A DNA stretch of 63,985 bases, counting the filler, from Barthelona sp. PAP020 (lineage: Eukaryota): assembly GCA_040182905.1 (NCBI GenBank). It is 4 parts of 4 records of this genome, joined end to end, with 100 filler letters (N's around TTAATTAATTAA, not from the genome) between each part and the next. Parts side by side here need not be neighbours in the genome. Positions count along the whole stretch, not along the records: positions 34,582 to 51,773 come from JARQWU010000249.1; positions 51,874 to 63,985 come from JARQWU010000351.1; 2 more parts are not named here. The stretch is one strand, 5' to 3'. The notes beneath the pieces are model-generated. The model did no database searches. It had not been told where the DNA came from and saw nothing but the letters and a program-made list of their open reading frames with translations. Both the position numbers and the translations under genes were made by a program. How positions within the stretch are numbered: position 1 is the first letter of the stretch; each line of letters opens with the position of its first letter. This document shows positions 42,001 through 52,301 of this stretch, piece by piece.

Positions 42001-42165
42001 GAACCTGTTTTGAGTATTGAAAATAATCTTATCCAGAATCAATCTTTTGATTTGGTTTGTAAAACTTCACTTATTCACATAAAAATAATCAAAGCTCCTA
42101 TTCAATCTGACCAAAAATTGCAATATCAGATTATCAAAGAAAATTTTCCTTTGACTCGATTTTGA
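39073..42165 (+). CDS. Hypothetical large protein, degenerate beta-propeller N-terminus and helical C-terminus (WDR7-like?)
   Basis: 1030-aa ORF; HHESSVQYICFYNENTLVSIDID WD-like strand pattern; family call weak. Confidence 0.55.
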   Translation: MSTCYNSLQSILKTKNFSPNHDIFSIQFNQSNKLVAIVYLSFNSSKLFLYKCTSDFELILMCIFDHHESSVQYICFYNENTLVSIDIDNIMIIYEFEMPYGSKISHKKIKLDFAVNKCKMSFNYGLLISSLYNNAIYLVNIDGGVYKLAEHLPFLPIDICGYLTTKKKGILGVIMNDRAYMVELTKQGTICHCVNDLPFINIEYWKGMFFLIQPNRVIVKNNNNGMENELIGDVIHKVIVQTDCIIFLFTTTIQQIVNDKTEKKSQFCVKIFANDQELLFQLDNRTEWISYVWKTRTLFYLSNKFEKKHEKVQMLKFANSFMSRFFLLKIKNKFIKIEMTDVNVKIYSLTDLKLLSILSLKGIVHLCFLSEHAYMTTNNTVYQVSLIDGKIKNSFECQHLSNIIDISVIALQTERINLLKIIFELDSPLYLYLDEIEQTEAVVSTFYGIDCTPFTIFKNCVPFLSIEDYLNTSCSNYYSLCQFEINRKDDDLKNNEMKIQPFKQFLLRYLAKNEEKKNDDETGYIYSEEGLQINEYYLANSNINNVPQINIYVTKKDDPFEKLTNQFLFDSIKPFLLYWKVNLLPNIDKLFDSFHNADIYSLKDEFYKGLFFNIFDSNTWVDSSMFEDWIFFVSDEITSEWLMMCCCLIYYFQKFNQSDFVKIFNEELILFLNRNFYENSKFKIPNFEYFFGFLENFDISSEIAEICVTIVCSSLNYNVRTLQRKKNRKKYILSYMDQISSHPENISSLIVYFIMFQHFKPIEFSNFDVTFYKMIDSLSKIKKIYAQRNVLKILKYLTNEFEAINKYSIDYCEYLVKSLSQNIYVELKADSKAQLLTFVQKNDEKYVQFLFKYLFSEIKNNKNLQCLNVLNFLILENHNLIENHLDIVCYQTLELFGCFFRTDPLFRDSIFKILRNLEKCFGWFAIDFEIHLALIISKKHDKKKLDNFRKSPKPTQSIQLAIVNLLNLSQTYIDLNEPVLSIENNLIQNQSFDLVCKTSLIHIKIIKAPIQSDQKLQYQIIKENFPLTRF

Positions 42166-42400
42166 TTTAAGATGGTTTGAAAAAAATGCATAATTGTGAA
42201 TATTTTTGTTTCAAATTTTGATAAACCAAAAAAGAATTCTTTTTTTTTTTCTTTCACTAACTTTTATCACACTAATTTACCCAAAGAACCCAAAAAAATT
42301 CATTATATATCAATTTATCTATTTAAATTTCAAACAAAGTTTATTCAAACTCAAAAAAAAAAAAAATACCGAATGAGCATTATTTAATGAATACAATCTG

Positions 42401-43633
42401 TTAAATTTGTTGTTCCTGCTCAACAACAGCACCACTAAAACCTCCAAACATATTGTTCATAAAATCTTCAATCCCAACCATTTCAGAAGGTGGTAATTTG
42501 GCTAAATCTTCCCTAATAGGAGGAAGTAAAATGTTAAATGTAGAATGTGGATTAAAAGATACAGGAGTACCACTAGGCTGTTCACAAGCTTCAAAAGTCC
42601 ATGTTTCAAAAGAAGGAGTTTCCTCTTTTAACAAATTTTCGGCATGAAATTTGATACAAAAGCCAGCATTTTTGGTGTCACAATATGCTGGAGAAGAAAA
42701 AACTGTGACACATTTTCCACCATGACAAACTGTAGGTTCGTTGAACATTTCATGAGATCTAACCAACAATTTCAAATTGTTAGATTCCAAAAATGCTCTT
42801 GTAAATGGTTCAGGAAACAAATATCCAATGCCTCTTTGGGAAGGTTCCAATCTGTATTGATTTGAATCAATAGGATCAACCCATAATAAGTTTTCCAAAA
42901 TAGGATTGTTCCCAGGCTCAACAAAACGACAAATATCATTGATTTCTTCCAAAGAATGAGTCACTATATCAGCAGAAGAAGAATCAATGTCGACAGAAAT
43001 ACCTCCATGAACAATGGCGACAGCATCAGCATAAACAGTTATTAAAGGTAGACTCTTAAACAATTTTAAGCTTCTTGTCCAAATACTAATTCCTTGTTTA
43101 CCATAGGCAGAATGCAATTGAAACAAATATCCATACAAAAAAGAAGAATATAAAGATTCATGATTACCACGATTCAAAAAAACATTGTTCGGATACAAAT
43201 GTCGTAACATAACTAACGCTAAAAAGGTGTGTAAAGAATATGCTCCTCTATCAATAAAATCTCCATTAAATATTATGAAAAAATTTTCTTTTGGTGGCTT
43301 ATATAAAATGTCAAAATGTTTCAAAATGTTACACAAATCATAAAATCTTCCATGTAAATCACCAATAACAACATATTCCCCTTCTGTTACATATGGAACA
43401 CGAACTACATTGGGCATACGTTCCAAATGTGGTAAAAAAAATTCAAATAACATTATCATCAATGATGGATTTGGAAATAATTCCTCTTCATATAACTCTC
43501 TAATTAATTCACAATACATATCATGATTAAACTCCCGACCATCCTCAAATACAAGTTTTGATATTCTATCTGGAGAAGGTTTAATTGGTAAATATTTGGC
43601 TAAAGGACTTTGAAACAAGTACTGCATGCTCAT
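42401..43633 (-). CDS. PPP-family Ser/Thr phosphatase (PP5/PP7-like catalytic domain, no TPR)
   Basis: GDLHG, NGDFIDRG, NRGNHE, VHGG, RSHE, CVTVFSSPAYCD. Confidence 0.9.
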   Translation of the reverse strand: MSMQYLFQSPLAKYLPIKPSPDRISKLVFEDGREFNHDMYCELIRELYEEELFPNPSLMIMLFEFFLPHLERMPNVVRVPYVTEGEYVVIGDLHGRFYDLCNILKHFDILYKPPKENFFIIFNGDFIDRGAYSLHTFLALVMLRHLYPNNVFLNRGNHESLYSSFLYGYLFQLHSAYGKQGISIWTRSLKLFKSLPLITVYADAVAIVHGGISVDIDSSSADIVTHSLEEINDICRFVEPGNNPILENLLWVDPIDSNQYRLEPSQRGIGYLFPEPFTRAFLESNNLKLLVRSHEMFNEPTVCHGGKCVTVFSSPAYCDTKNAGFCIKFHAENLLKEETPSFETWTFEACEQPSGTPVSFNPHSTFNILLPPIREDLAKLPPSEMVGIEDFMNNMFGGFSGAVVEQEQQI

Positions 43634-43864
43634 TTTCAATTAATTATCTACTGATTAGCAAAAATTACGGGGTAATTCAATACTTTAAAGGAAAAAAACC
43701 AATTAAAAACGAATAAAAATTTGAATCTCCTCTTCCACAAAATCCCTTCTCTTTCTTTTTTTTTTTAAAGTGTCCCAAAAAAAATCGTTGTTTTATCATA
43801 AATATCAAATGATATTGTTATATTTCATTTGTTTTTGTTAAAAAATTATTTTTTGTTTATTTTT

Positions 43865-45172
43865 ATGTTCAATGCCAAAATAGAGAATGATGCCAATAAC
43901 AATGTGCCATTAGCCGAAAGAATGCGTCCAAAGGCTTTGGACGATATCATTGGACAGCCAATAATCTCAAAAGAAGGAGCTTTACGACTTTTATTAGATA
44001 ATTCAATATGCCCATCCATGATATTATATGGCGCACCAGGTTGTGGAAAGACTACTTTGGCAAAACTTATTGCAAAAATGATGGATTGTCATTTTGTTGT
44101 TTTGCAGGCAACCAACTGTAGTTTAAAAGATTTTAGAATGGAATTAAAAAAAGCACATACTTTGTCTCAATCGTTTGGGCAAAGAACAATAGTTTTTCTT
44201 GATGAAATACATGCTTGGAAGAAAAACCAACAAGATGAATTGTTGGCCAGTATTGAAAAAGGTTCAATAATATTTATTGGTGCAACAACTGAAAATCCAT
44301 CTTTTTGTGTTAACTCTGCCTTGCTTTCAAGAGTAAAGATTTTTCAATTGCAGCAATTGACTGATATTGACATGGAAAAAGTTTTATACAGGGCTATTGT
44401 CCATAAAAATGGACTTGATAGCAAAATAATTGTACCTTCAACAATAGTTAAGTTAATTTCTGAACTTGCTAATGGAGACGCTCGAAATGGTTTGAACACA
44501 TTGGAGTTAGCATCTCAAGTGGCTAAAGCAGCATCTCCTGGTGTTGTCACCATAACTGTAAAAGATGTTGAAAAGGCTATTGGTAAAACCACTGTGGCTT
44601 TTGATAAGAAAGGAGACTCATTCTTTGAACTGATTTCAGCATTAATTAAGTCTTGTCGTGGCTCAGACGTTGATGCTGCTTTGTACTATCTTGGCAGAAT
44701 GATGTTTGGAGGATGTGATCCTGTGTATATAGCTCGTAGATTGGTGATTTTTGCTTCAGAAGATGTAGGTTTTGCGGACTGGACTCTCAATTTAGAATGT
44801 TTAAATTGTTTAAATGCAACTAAATTGATTGGAATGCCAGAAATAACGTTCACTTTAATATCCACAACAATAAGATGTGCAACAGCACCAAAATGTAATC
44901 AAATTGAAGTCATTTTACACAATATGAAAGCAGTTGTGGATCGTTTTCCAACAGAACCTGTTCCTTTAATTATTAGAAATGCAACTTCAAATTTAATGAA
45001 AGAAATGGGATATTCAAATGGTTACAATCCAAGATACCAAGTTCAAGAATTTGGTGAGTATTTACCTAAAAGAGTTTTCAATTCAGGAATGAGATTATAT
45101 GTACCTGTTAATGAAGTTAACCCTTCTTTAAAAGAGTTGGATGATCCTATTAAAAAATCTCCTCAATTGTAA
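43865..45172 (+). CDS. WRNIP1: Replication-associated AAA+ ATPase WRNIP1/Mgs1/RarA
   Basis: PLAERMRP, GAPGCGKTT, FLDEIH, GATTENPSF, GDARNGLN, ISALIKSCRGSDVDAALYYL, FASEDVG. Confidence 0.93.
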   Translation: MFNAKIENDANNNVPLAERMRPKALDDIIGQPIISKEGALRLLLDNSICPSMILYGAPGCGKTTLAKLIAKMMDCHFVVLQATNCSLKDFRMELKKAHTLSQSFGQRTIVFLDEIHAWKKNQQDELLASIEKGSIIFIGATTENPSFCVNSALLSRVKIFQLQQLTDIDMEKVLYRAIVHKNGLDSKIIVPSTIVKLISELANGDARNGLNTLELASQVAKAASPGVVTITVKDVEKAIGKTTVAFDKKGDSFFELISALIKSCRGSDVDAALYYLGRMMFGGCDPVYIARRLVIFASEDVGFADWTLNLECLNCLNATKLIGMPEITFTLISTTIRCATAPKCNQIEVILHNMKAVVDRFPTEPVPLIIRNATSNLMKEMGYSNGYNPRYQVQEFGEYLPKRVFNSGMRLYVPVNEVNPSLKELDDPIKKSPQL

Positions 45173-45202
45173 AGAGAAATTCCAATTTTTTTTTTTTTAC
45201 AT

Positions 45203-46612
45203 ATGTTCAATTTAATATTTATTCCGTTTATAATTATTGGATTAAGCTATGAAACGTATATATTGAAAAAGTTTAATGAAAGAACTATTTTTCTTTTTTT
45301 GATTATTGTAATTGAGTACTTTTCAAATATTTTATTACCAAAATTAAATAATTTATCAATAAAATACATAAATGTAAGGAAAAAAACACGATTTTGGCGA
45401 TACATATTTTCTGACCATTTGTCCTTGGAGCTTTTGATAATTCTTTTTTCTTTTGATAAACAAATTTTTTCTGCTTCTATATTAATGGGGTTTTTGATTG
45501 TATGTATAAACGGTATTTATGAAAGTTTGTTAATTTTTGAAATATTCTATATTCCATTGTTAGAGACTTTAAATGAAGATGATATACGAGTAAATTTCAA
45601 AATTTTCAAACCTTTTGTGAAAAGAAAAACCATTTTACCATTTAGAAATCATATTGCGATAATTTTACTTTTGTTTAATTTAAAATTTATATTAAATGAT
45701 GGTTTGAATCGGATTAATTTTGTGAATTTGATTTTTAATACGAGCTTTTTAGTACTTGGGTTTGGTTATAATTTTTTTTCTCACATGACGTTTAAGGTAT
45801 TTCATTTTTGCCGATTACTGATAAACAGTTTGATTTTTTTTGGCCTTTTATGGACTAAAGAACAAAAATTTGGAAAGTTTAATGGTTTTTATTTTGTAAT
45901 CATAATATTAGAGACAATTGGGTATTTTTATCGATATTTTTATCTGTTGAACACTATAAAAGTTCAAACTTTCAAACAAATAAAATATGAAAAAAAAAAA
46001 TTTGAAAATGAAACTTGTCCAATTTGTTTTGTTGAATTCAAGGACAAAATAAATGACCCCATAATTAAAACCGCATGTAATCATTATTTTCATGAATATT
46101 GTATGAGTATATGGTTACAAAATGTTAGTGCTTGTAATTTTTGTCCAAAATGTCGAAAACAATTCAACACTTCTAATTCTGACAATTCAAATGCTCTCAT
46201 GAAACAATTAAAAAAATTTTCAAAGACAAAAACCCATCAAACCATCAAAAAATTCTTTTTCATAAGAGTATCTTTTGAAAAAATCATTGAATCATTGAAA
46301 TTGTTTAGATCTCATCGTTTTATTACTCAGAGAATTGATCAAACAGGAGAGTTTTTTCAAGAAGCATATCCTGAAGTTCCTATCGAAGTTATCAGAGATG
46401 TAATTCTCAATTCGAACAATAATATCAATTTTATTATGAATAGCTTGGCAAGTATTACTGTTGAAATTCATCAACAAAGGGAAAATATTAGAGAAGAAGA
46501 AAATCAATTGCCAAATGAAAATGTTGAAAATATAGATGATGAAAATAGAGTTTCAGAGATAGAAGAAGAGGTCATAGCAGAAGAAGAAATGGAAGAACCA
46601 GAAGAAATATAG
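45203..46612 (+). CDS. Multi-TM RING-H2 E3 ligase with CUE-like domain (gp78/AMFR-like architecture)
   Basis: Hydrophobic N-half; CPICF...CNHYFHEYCMSIWL...CPKCR; FQEAYPEVPIEVIRDVIL CUE-like motif. Confidence 0.75.
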   Translation: MFNLIFIPFIIIGLSYETYILKKFNERTIFLFLIIVIEYFSNILLPKLNNLSIKYINVRKKTRFWRYIFSDHLSLELLIILFSFDKQIFSASILMGFLIVCINGIYESLLIFEIFYIPLLETLNEDDIRVNFKIFKPFVKRKTILPFRNHIAIILLLFNLKFILNDGLNRINFVNLIFNTSFLVLGFGYNFFSHMTFKVFHFCRLLINSLIFFGLLWTKEQKFGKFNGFYFVIIILETIGYFYRYFYLLNTIKVQTFKQIKYEKKKFENETCPICFVEFKDKINDPIIKTACNHYFHEYCMSIWLQNVSACNFCPKCRKQFNTSNSDNSNALMKQLKKFSKTKTHQTIKKFFFIRVSFEKIIESLKLFRSHRFITQRIDQTGEFFQEAYPEVPIEVIRDVILNSNNNINFIMNSLASITVEIHQQRENIREEENQLPNENVENIDDENRVSEIEEEVIAEEEMEEPEEI

Positions 46613-46802
46613 TTTTTGTCTCAAACGTAAGTTTTTGACATTCAAAATGTCGTAATCTTTGGCATCACGTAAAAAGGTTATTGTAAATATATATTCCTTA
46701 AAAATAGGAAAGGTTTTTTATTTTTTGCTGAGCACAACATTGGAAGAAACACAAATTCGTCAACAATTCACACCTTTTGGAAAAATCTTTTTTTTTTTAA
46801 CA

Positions 46803-47828
46803 ATGTCAAGTTTCGAAAATCCTTTGATAGCTGGTGAACCGGAAAATATTGATGACATTTGTTGTAGATTGAGAATATACGAAAATACCAAATTTCTTTT
46901 AAATTTTGATTTAAAAGAAGATACCAGTGTTTATAATTTGAGAAAAATGCTGTCAATTAAGTTGAAAAAAGATATTAATCGAATTTGTTTGTACAAATGT
47001 GAAGAGAATAAGCCTGATGAGAAAATTAGATTGAGAGATATCCTTTTTGTTGCAAATGGATACCATTTTGATGAAAACCCTGATGCTTATATTATTTTTA
47101 AAGACTTAGGTCCTCAAATTAATTATAGATTGACTTATTATTTGGAGTATTTTTTTCCAATTTTGATATGGCTTATTATTTTAGTATTACCATCAGAATT
47201 TCTGTATGGAAAGACTTTTAATGTTCACAAACCAAATTTACAACAAACCGTTTGTTCAATTCTATTTTTATTTCATTTTGTCAAAAGATTATTGGAAACA
47301 AAATTTATTCATGATTTTTCGAGACCAACAATGCCACTTTTATATTGTTTCCGAAATGTTATATATTACTCATCCTTCAGTTGTCTTATTGCTTTTCATA
47401 TTTTAAAGCCATTCCCCAGTTCTAATCATTTGAGGCCAAGAGTTATTGGTTTAATTCCTTGTTGGATTGTTTGTGAAGTATTTAATGGTTATACTCATTT
47501 TGTTTTAAAAAAACACAGAAAATCTTCTCCCAAAAGGCATGCTAATGATGGCACGTTATTGAAAAATATTCCTTTACATTGGCTATTTAAAATTGTTGTT
47601 TGCCCCAATTATTTGTTTGAATTCTTAAGTTGGTGTTTTTTCACTGTAATTTCTCAATCTGTTCCATGTGTTTTTTTCACTATTTTTGGTTTTTTACAAA
47701 TGTCTCAATGGAGTTATCAAAAAAAGAGAACATATTTGCAACATTTGGAAAAATCGTCTGATCAAAAAAAAATTGCACATGTTGAAAAAATAAGAAAAAA
47801 AGCTTGTATTATCCCATTTATTTTATAA
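46803..47828 (+). CDS. TECR: Very-long-chain enoyl-CoA reductase (TECR/Tsc13)
   Basis: FKDLGPQINYRLTYYLEY, HFVKRLLETKFIHDFS..TMP, VVCPNYLFE, CIIPFIL. Confidence 0.9.
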   Translation: MSSFENPLIAGEPENIDDICCRLRIYENTKFLLNFDLKEDTSVYNLRKMLSIKLKKDINRICLYKCEENKPDEKIRLRDILFVANGYHFDENPDAYIIFKDLGPQINYRLTYYLEYFFPILIWLIILVLPSEFLYGKTFNVHKPNLQQTVCSILFLFHFVKRLLETKFIHDFSRPTMPLLYCFRNVIYYSSFSCLIAFHILKPFPSSNHLRPRVIGLIPCWIVCEVFNGYTHFVLKKHRKSSPKRHANDGTLLKNIPLHWLFKIVVCPNYLFEFLSWCFFTVISQSVPCVFFTIFGFLQMSQWSYQKKRTYLQHLEKSSDQKKIAHVEKIRKKACIIPFIL

Positions 47829-47911
47829 ATTAAAGAATTGATGAACACATTTTTTTTTCCATGTACAATAAAATCATTTTAATCAATTTTTTTTTTTTTG
47901 TTTTATCTTTC

Positions 47912-48475
47912 ATGATCCCACAAGAAAATACAACACCTAACACTAAATTTGACCAATTTGCAAAGGAATCACAACATCCTTCTGCTTTAAAATGTTATGT
48001 TGCTTTTAAAGCTGTAATCGCCACCTTATGTATCTTTCAACCCATTTTTTTAAGTAGTGGTGGTAACTTTATGCAAGTTATAATGATTCTTTTAATTTCT
48101 GGTGATTTATATGCAACAAAATCAGTTTTTGGCAGACTGTTAGCCGGATTGTATTGGTTTTCGGAATATGTAGAAGAAACAGATGATGTTGTTTGGAGAT
48201 TTACAACAAAGGAAAATACTCACAAAATTTCTTCAACAGACAGCAGAATTTTTTGGATTGGTTTATGGGGAAATGCTGCTTTCTTTGGTCTTTATCTTTT
48301 ACTTAGATTGATTTTACCAGTTTCACTTATTACAGCCCTTTTTGGTTTAGCCATGGCTATTATGAATATTGTGTGTTTTTTGAAATGTTCCAGAACCCAA
48401 AGGTCTTTATTGGCCGCCAAGGCGTCTGGGTTTGCCGGTAAAGTTGTTGCTAAAGGTGTGACTTCTCAACTTTAG
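47912..48475 (+). CDS. TVP23: Golgi membrane protein TVP23
   Basis: SQHP, DLYATKSVFGRLLAGLYW, WRF, DSRIFWIGL. Confidence 0.85.
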   Translation: MIPQENTTPNTKFDQFAKESQHPSALKCYVAFKAVIATLCIFQPIFLSSGGNFMQVIMILLISGDLYATKSVFGRLLAGLYWFSEYVEETDDVVWRFTTKENTHKISSTDSRIFWIGLWGNAAFFGLYLLLRLILPVSLITALFGLAMAIMNIVCFLKCSRTQRSLLAAKASGFAGKVVAKGVTSQL

Positions 48476-48626
48476 TTTTACTTGCTTCTTCTTTCATAAA
48501 TAAAATACCTTTTTTCTTTGTCACAAAAGTCTAAAAAATATATTTGTGTATTGAATTTCAAAAAGAAAAAAGAAACAAAAAAGATGAATGAAACATTTAC
48601 AAAAAAAAAAAAAAAAACACAAAACA

Positions 48627-49922
48627 TCATTTTTTTAACCACTTAGAATATACAACCAAAGGTGACAACTCAATTTCATCCTTTCCAATCCAAGAACCAT
48701 GTAATTTCAACAAATCTCTTCTAGCTGTGTCTGGGCTGTCAGTTGGTGAACCTGGTGCATTTTTCACTGGTGAAAATTCTTCGAATCTTGATACAGTAAA
48801 TACTTGGAATGTTTCCGCAAATTCAAGAACATCGTATATAAACTGTTCACATTTATATCCATTAGGTGTTTCAGGATTTGGTTTTTCAATACAAGGTATT
48901 TTTTTATGCGCCAAATGAAGAGGAAGTCTGATGTTAGATAATTTCTTCAAGAAAGCTAACTTGAACAAATGATTACAAATGTTTCCAGCCCCAAATGACA
49001 ATCTTCCATTGCCATCTTTCTGATATCTTTGTTCATCTTGCAATTCAGAATATTCAACAATGGAAGGCTTTCCATTTCTAAGAGAAACAACACCAACTTT
49101 TTCAAGAGGATCAGTTTTCTCCACCGTTTTTAAAGAAGTATCAAAATCACAACAAGAACCAACAAAAATTGGATCTGCTGGCAAAATCAAAATGTTGTCA
49201 ACAGAAAAAATATGTACATGTGAAATACCTCTTTGTTCCATATCTGATATACAACCAGTATCAATCATGGCACGATAAATGCCTCCGTTACCATCAGGAG
49301 AAGTTGCAATTACAGAATCAGTTTCTTTTAAAATTTTGCCTTCAGCATCGAAACAAGGAAATGAACCTTGCTGAAACAAAATGACGTTTTCATGAGATAA
49401 ACCAAAATAATGATTCTCTTTCAAATAGTCATCAATTTTTTTATGTGATAAAGGACTAGTCATGATATAAAACGGTACATTACCTCCAGTGTATTCATTC
49501 AAAAAGATAATACGCTCAAACATCAATTGAAATAAACTCTTGTTGCTTGGTAAACCTACAGAATACATTCCTTTAGGATTTGACGAGCCCAAACGAGTTC
49601 CCATTCCACCAGCCATGACAACACATGCAACTTGATTATTTTTAATCATTTCCAACCCTTTATTTTTCCAAATTTCAATTTGTTCTTCAGAACTGGATGG
49701 AAAATGTATGGAATCTTCAAATGGTGTAATATCAGTTTCTATTTCCACATTTTGATTACGATTAACTACAAAACTACTCAAATAATCGATGTCGATGGAC
49801 AAAATCTCATTCAATTGGGATAAAAACTTTTGTTGCAATTCTTCCGTCAAATTATCAAAATCTTTTAATAAATGTTCTTGACCCAACTCGGAAAGCTTTT
49901 CAGTGAGTGTTGAAATTTCCAT
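48627..49922 (-). CDS. UAP1: UDP-N-acetylglucosamine pyrophosphorylase
   Basis: MAGGMGTRLGSSNPKG, SPDGNGGIY, SVDNIL, IVEYSE, GNICNH, KCEQFIYDV, EFSPVKN. Confidence 0.93.
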   Translation of the reverse strand: MEISTLTEKLSELGQEHLLKDFDNLTEELQQKFLSQLNEILSIDIDYLSSFVVNRNQNVEIETDITPFEDSIHFPSSSEEQIEIWKNKGLEMIKNNQVACVVMAGGMGTRLGSSNPKGMYSVGLPSNKSLFQLMFERIIFLNEYTGGNVPFYIMTSPLSHKKIDDYLKENHYFGLSHENVILFQQGSFPCFDAEGKILKETDSVIATSPDGNGGIYRAMIDTGCISDMEQRGISHVHIFSVDNILILPADPIFVGSCCDFDTSLKTVEKTDPLEKVGVVSLRNGKPSIVEYSELQDEQRYQKDGNGRLSFGAGNICNHLFKLAFLKKLSNIRLPLHLAHKKIPCIEKPNPETPNGYKCEQFIYDVLEFAETFQVFTVSRFEEFSPVKNAPGSPTDSPDTARRDLLKLHGSWIGKDEIELSPLVVYSKWLKK

Positions 49923-49990
49923 GACAAAAAAGATAAAAATAGGGATGTGTGTAAAAATAGAAGGCGATTCAATCATTTTTTTTTATTAAC

Positions 49991-51598
49991 ATGAAGTGGT
50001 TAATTGCTTTGTTAACATTTATTCTTGTTGTATCTGCAACTGTAGACAATATAGAAAAAATTTTTGATAATTATGTAACCCAATTCAACAAAACATACTC
50101 TTCACCTGAAGAATATTTAAGAAGACGTGACATATTTGAAAAAAGGATAGAATTAATTGCTGATTTAGAAAAACAATATGGCAAAGGACATTTTAAAATC
50201 AATACTTTTGCTGATAGAGAAGCTAAAGAATTCGGTACAACTATTCCGAACCCTATTCCCTCAAATAGTGCTGCTGATGGTACTTTTCCAAATGCAAATT
50301 ATGATTTTGGAGAGATGTTGTCATTGCAAAGAACTACTTCTCTACCAGCAACATTTGATTGGAGATCCTCAGGTATGGTATCCCCTGTCCGTAACCAAGG
50401 ATCATGTGGATCTTGTTGGGCTCATGCCGGTGCTAGTGTGCTCGAAGCATCCTACAAGAAAAATACTGGAATTGAGTTTGATGTGTCACCTCAATGGGGT
50501 GTTGATTGTTCTACTACTGGTTGTAATGGTAATGTTTTACACGGGCTTTTTTTTGGTGCTACATCATTAAATACTCGTGTTCCTACTTATGCCGATTACT
50601 CATATACTGCTTCAGTGGGAACTTGTAAACTCCCTAGTCAATTTAGTGGTAAGATTAATGTGAAGAAATATGGTTATTTTTCTCCTACTTTCCAAATGAG
50701 TTCTGTAACTGATTTGAAACATGCAATTTCTGAATATGGTCCTTTGGCTGGCGCAATTTGTATAGATTCAATTCAAATGGCGTATTCTGGAGGTAATGCA
50801 ATCATTAGAAAAGTTGCCGATGATTCTACATATGTAAATGATATTTACAGGTGTTCTTCTGGACACGCTATTACAATTGTTGGTTGGGATGTACGTGATG
50901 GTAGCACATGTTGGTTGGTTAAGAATTCTTGGGGAAAGTCTTGGGGAGACAGTGGTTATTATTGTCTTGAAGCTGAAGATGGTGGTTTCGGTGCTTATTC
51001 AATTCAAAAATGGATTATGGGAGCTGTTGCTGATGATGAAACTGCTGATATTCCTGTGGCAGGAAGAGGTTGGACTGATCAAAGTGATGGTGGTATTCCA
51101 TCTTTCAATGATATTGTCGTTGATATAGCTGATCTGTACAAACAAACTGAGGAACAAAGAGTAAATGCTGCTTCAATGTCCAATTTATTTATTGGCTGGT
51201 TTATTTCCAATCCAACTTACACTTACATCGGTTTAGGTGTGTGTTTGTTCTTGTGGTTATACTTTGCAAAAATTCGTCCTTCTGGAAAAAGAAAAAAAAT
51301 CAGACAAGAAAGAGCAATGAAGAGATACATCGATTATTTAGAAAGAGAAGAACAGAAAAAGTTAGTATTAGCCATGAATAGTGGTGTTGTTCCTCAAAGA
51401 AGAGTAGTTCACAGACCTCCTCCTCAATTTAGTGGCCATGCCCCTTCAAAATCTGATCCCTCACGCCCTTTACCCATACATGGTGGTAAACAAATGCAAG
51501 TTCAGCAAATGGTTCCTGCTGGTTATTCAAATCAAAGACAACCTTTACCACCTAATGTACTTGGTGCTGGCTCTTATATGAGTCCAATTTACCAATAG
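49991..51598 (+). CDS. Papain-family (C1A) cysteine protease with C-terminal TM anchor and Pro/Gln-rich cytosolic tail
   Basis: Signal peptide, I29 prodomain, FDWR, QGSCGSCWA, HAITIVGW, KNSWG; TM YTYIGLGVCLFLWLYFA then KIRPSGKRKK. Confidence 0.92.
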   Translation: MKWLIALLTFILVVSATVDNIEKIFDNYVTQFNKTYSSPEEYLRRRDIFEKRIELIADLEKQYGKGHFKINTFADREAKEFGTTIPNPIPSNSAADGTFPNANYDFGEMLSLQRTTSLPATFDWRSSGMVSPVRNQGSCGSCWAHAGASVLEASYKKNTGIEFDVSPQWGVDCSTTGCNGNVLHGLFFGATSLNTRVPTYADYSYTASVGTCKLPSQFSGKINVKKYGYFSPTFQMSSVTDLKHAISEYGPLAGAICIDSIQMAYSGGNAIIRKVADDSTYVNDIYRCSSGHAITIVGWDVRDGSTCWLVKNSWGKSWGDSGYYCLEAEDGGFGAYSIQKWIMGAVADDETADIPVAGRGWTDQSDGGIPSFNDIVVDIADLYKQTEEQRVNAASMSNLFIGWFISNPTYTYIGLGVCLFLWLYFAKIRPSGKRKKIRQERAMKRYIDYLEREEQKKLVLAMNSGVVPQRRVVHRPPPQFSGHAPSKSDPSRPLPIHGGKQMQVQQMVPAGYSNQRQPLPPNVLGAGSYMSPIYQ

Positions 51599-51773
51599 AT
51601 TATCTTATTGTACAAAAAACTTCATTTTCTTTAATTTTTTTTTTGTAAATGAGCAACTTGTTCACAATTTCTTTTTTTATTTTTCCGAGGGAACTTTTCC
51701 CCTTTTGTTATTCCTTAAATTCCGAGATGCTGGTACTCAGGATTATTTGATTCGTTAGTTAATAAAATAAACC

Positions 51774-51873
51774 NNNNNNNNNNNNNNNNNNNNNNNNNNN
51801 NNNNNNNNNNNNNNNNNTTAATTAATTAANNNNNNNNNNNNNNNNNNNNNNNNNNNNNNNNNNNNNNNNNNNN
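51774..51873. other. Artificial contig linker (N44-TTAATTAATTAA-N44)
   Basis: Same 100-bp structure as the other gaps. Confidence 0.97.
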
Positions 51874-51923
51874 ATATGCATCAATATATTGATGAAAATG
51901 CTGATGAAAGTGATGATGATTAA
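51874..51923 (+). CDS. 3' end of a third gene carrying the shared C-terminal domain (rest lost in gap)
   Basis: Reads (N)MHQYIDENADESDDD*, matching NMRQYIDKKDDECDESNDDDD* of the ankyrin gene. Confidence 0.7.
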
Positions 51924-52301
51924 GTTTAACCGGTAAATTTTTGAGAATACATTTCTTTTTGGTTATTTATTATATTAAATTCTGAACAGTTTATATCCAA
52001 CTCTTGGGTGTAGGGGTTGTGGTTAAGAAGTTAGCAGCTTGACCTTTCTTTCACTTTTGCATATAAAAAAATTTGATTCTGAAAACTAGACTAATGCTAA
52101 AACAAATAAATGATTATCAATCAAAATTTTTGAAAGTTTAGGGAAATTTTTCTTTCTTTACCAGTCAAACATCCCTTCCACATTGATGGAGTTTTTGTGT
52201 AAATTGTCGTCTTCTTTTCGTGCAAGTTTTACAATATTTTTGAGTTGGACAGTTCAGACATTCATATGTTAGATATTTCGATGTTTCAACTCAAAAATCA
52301 G

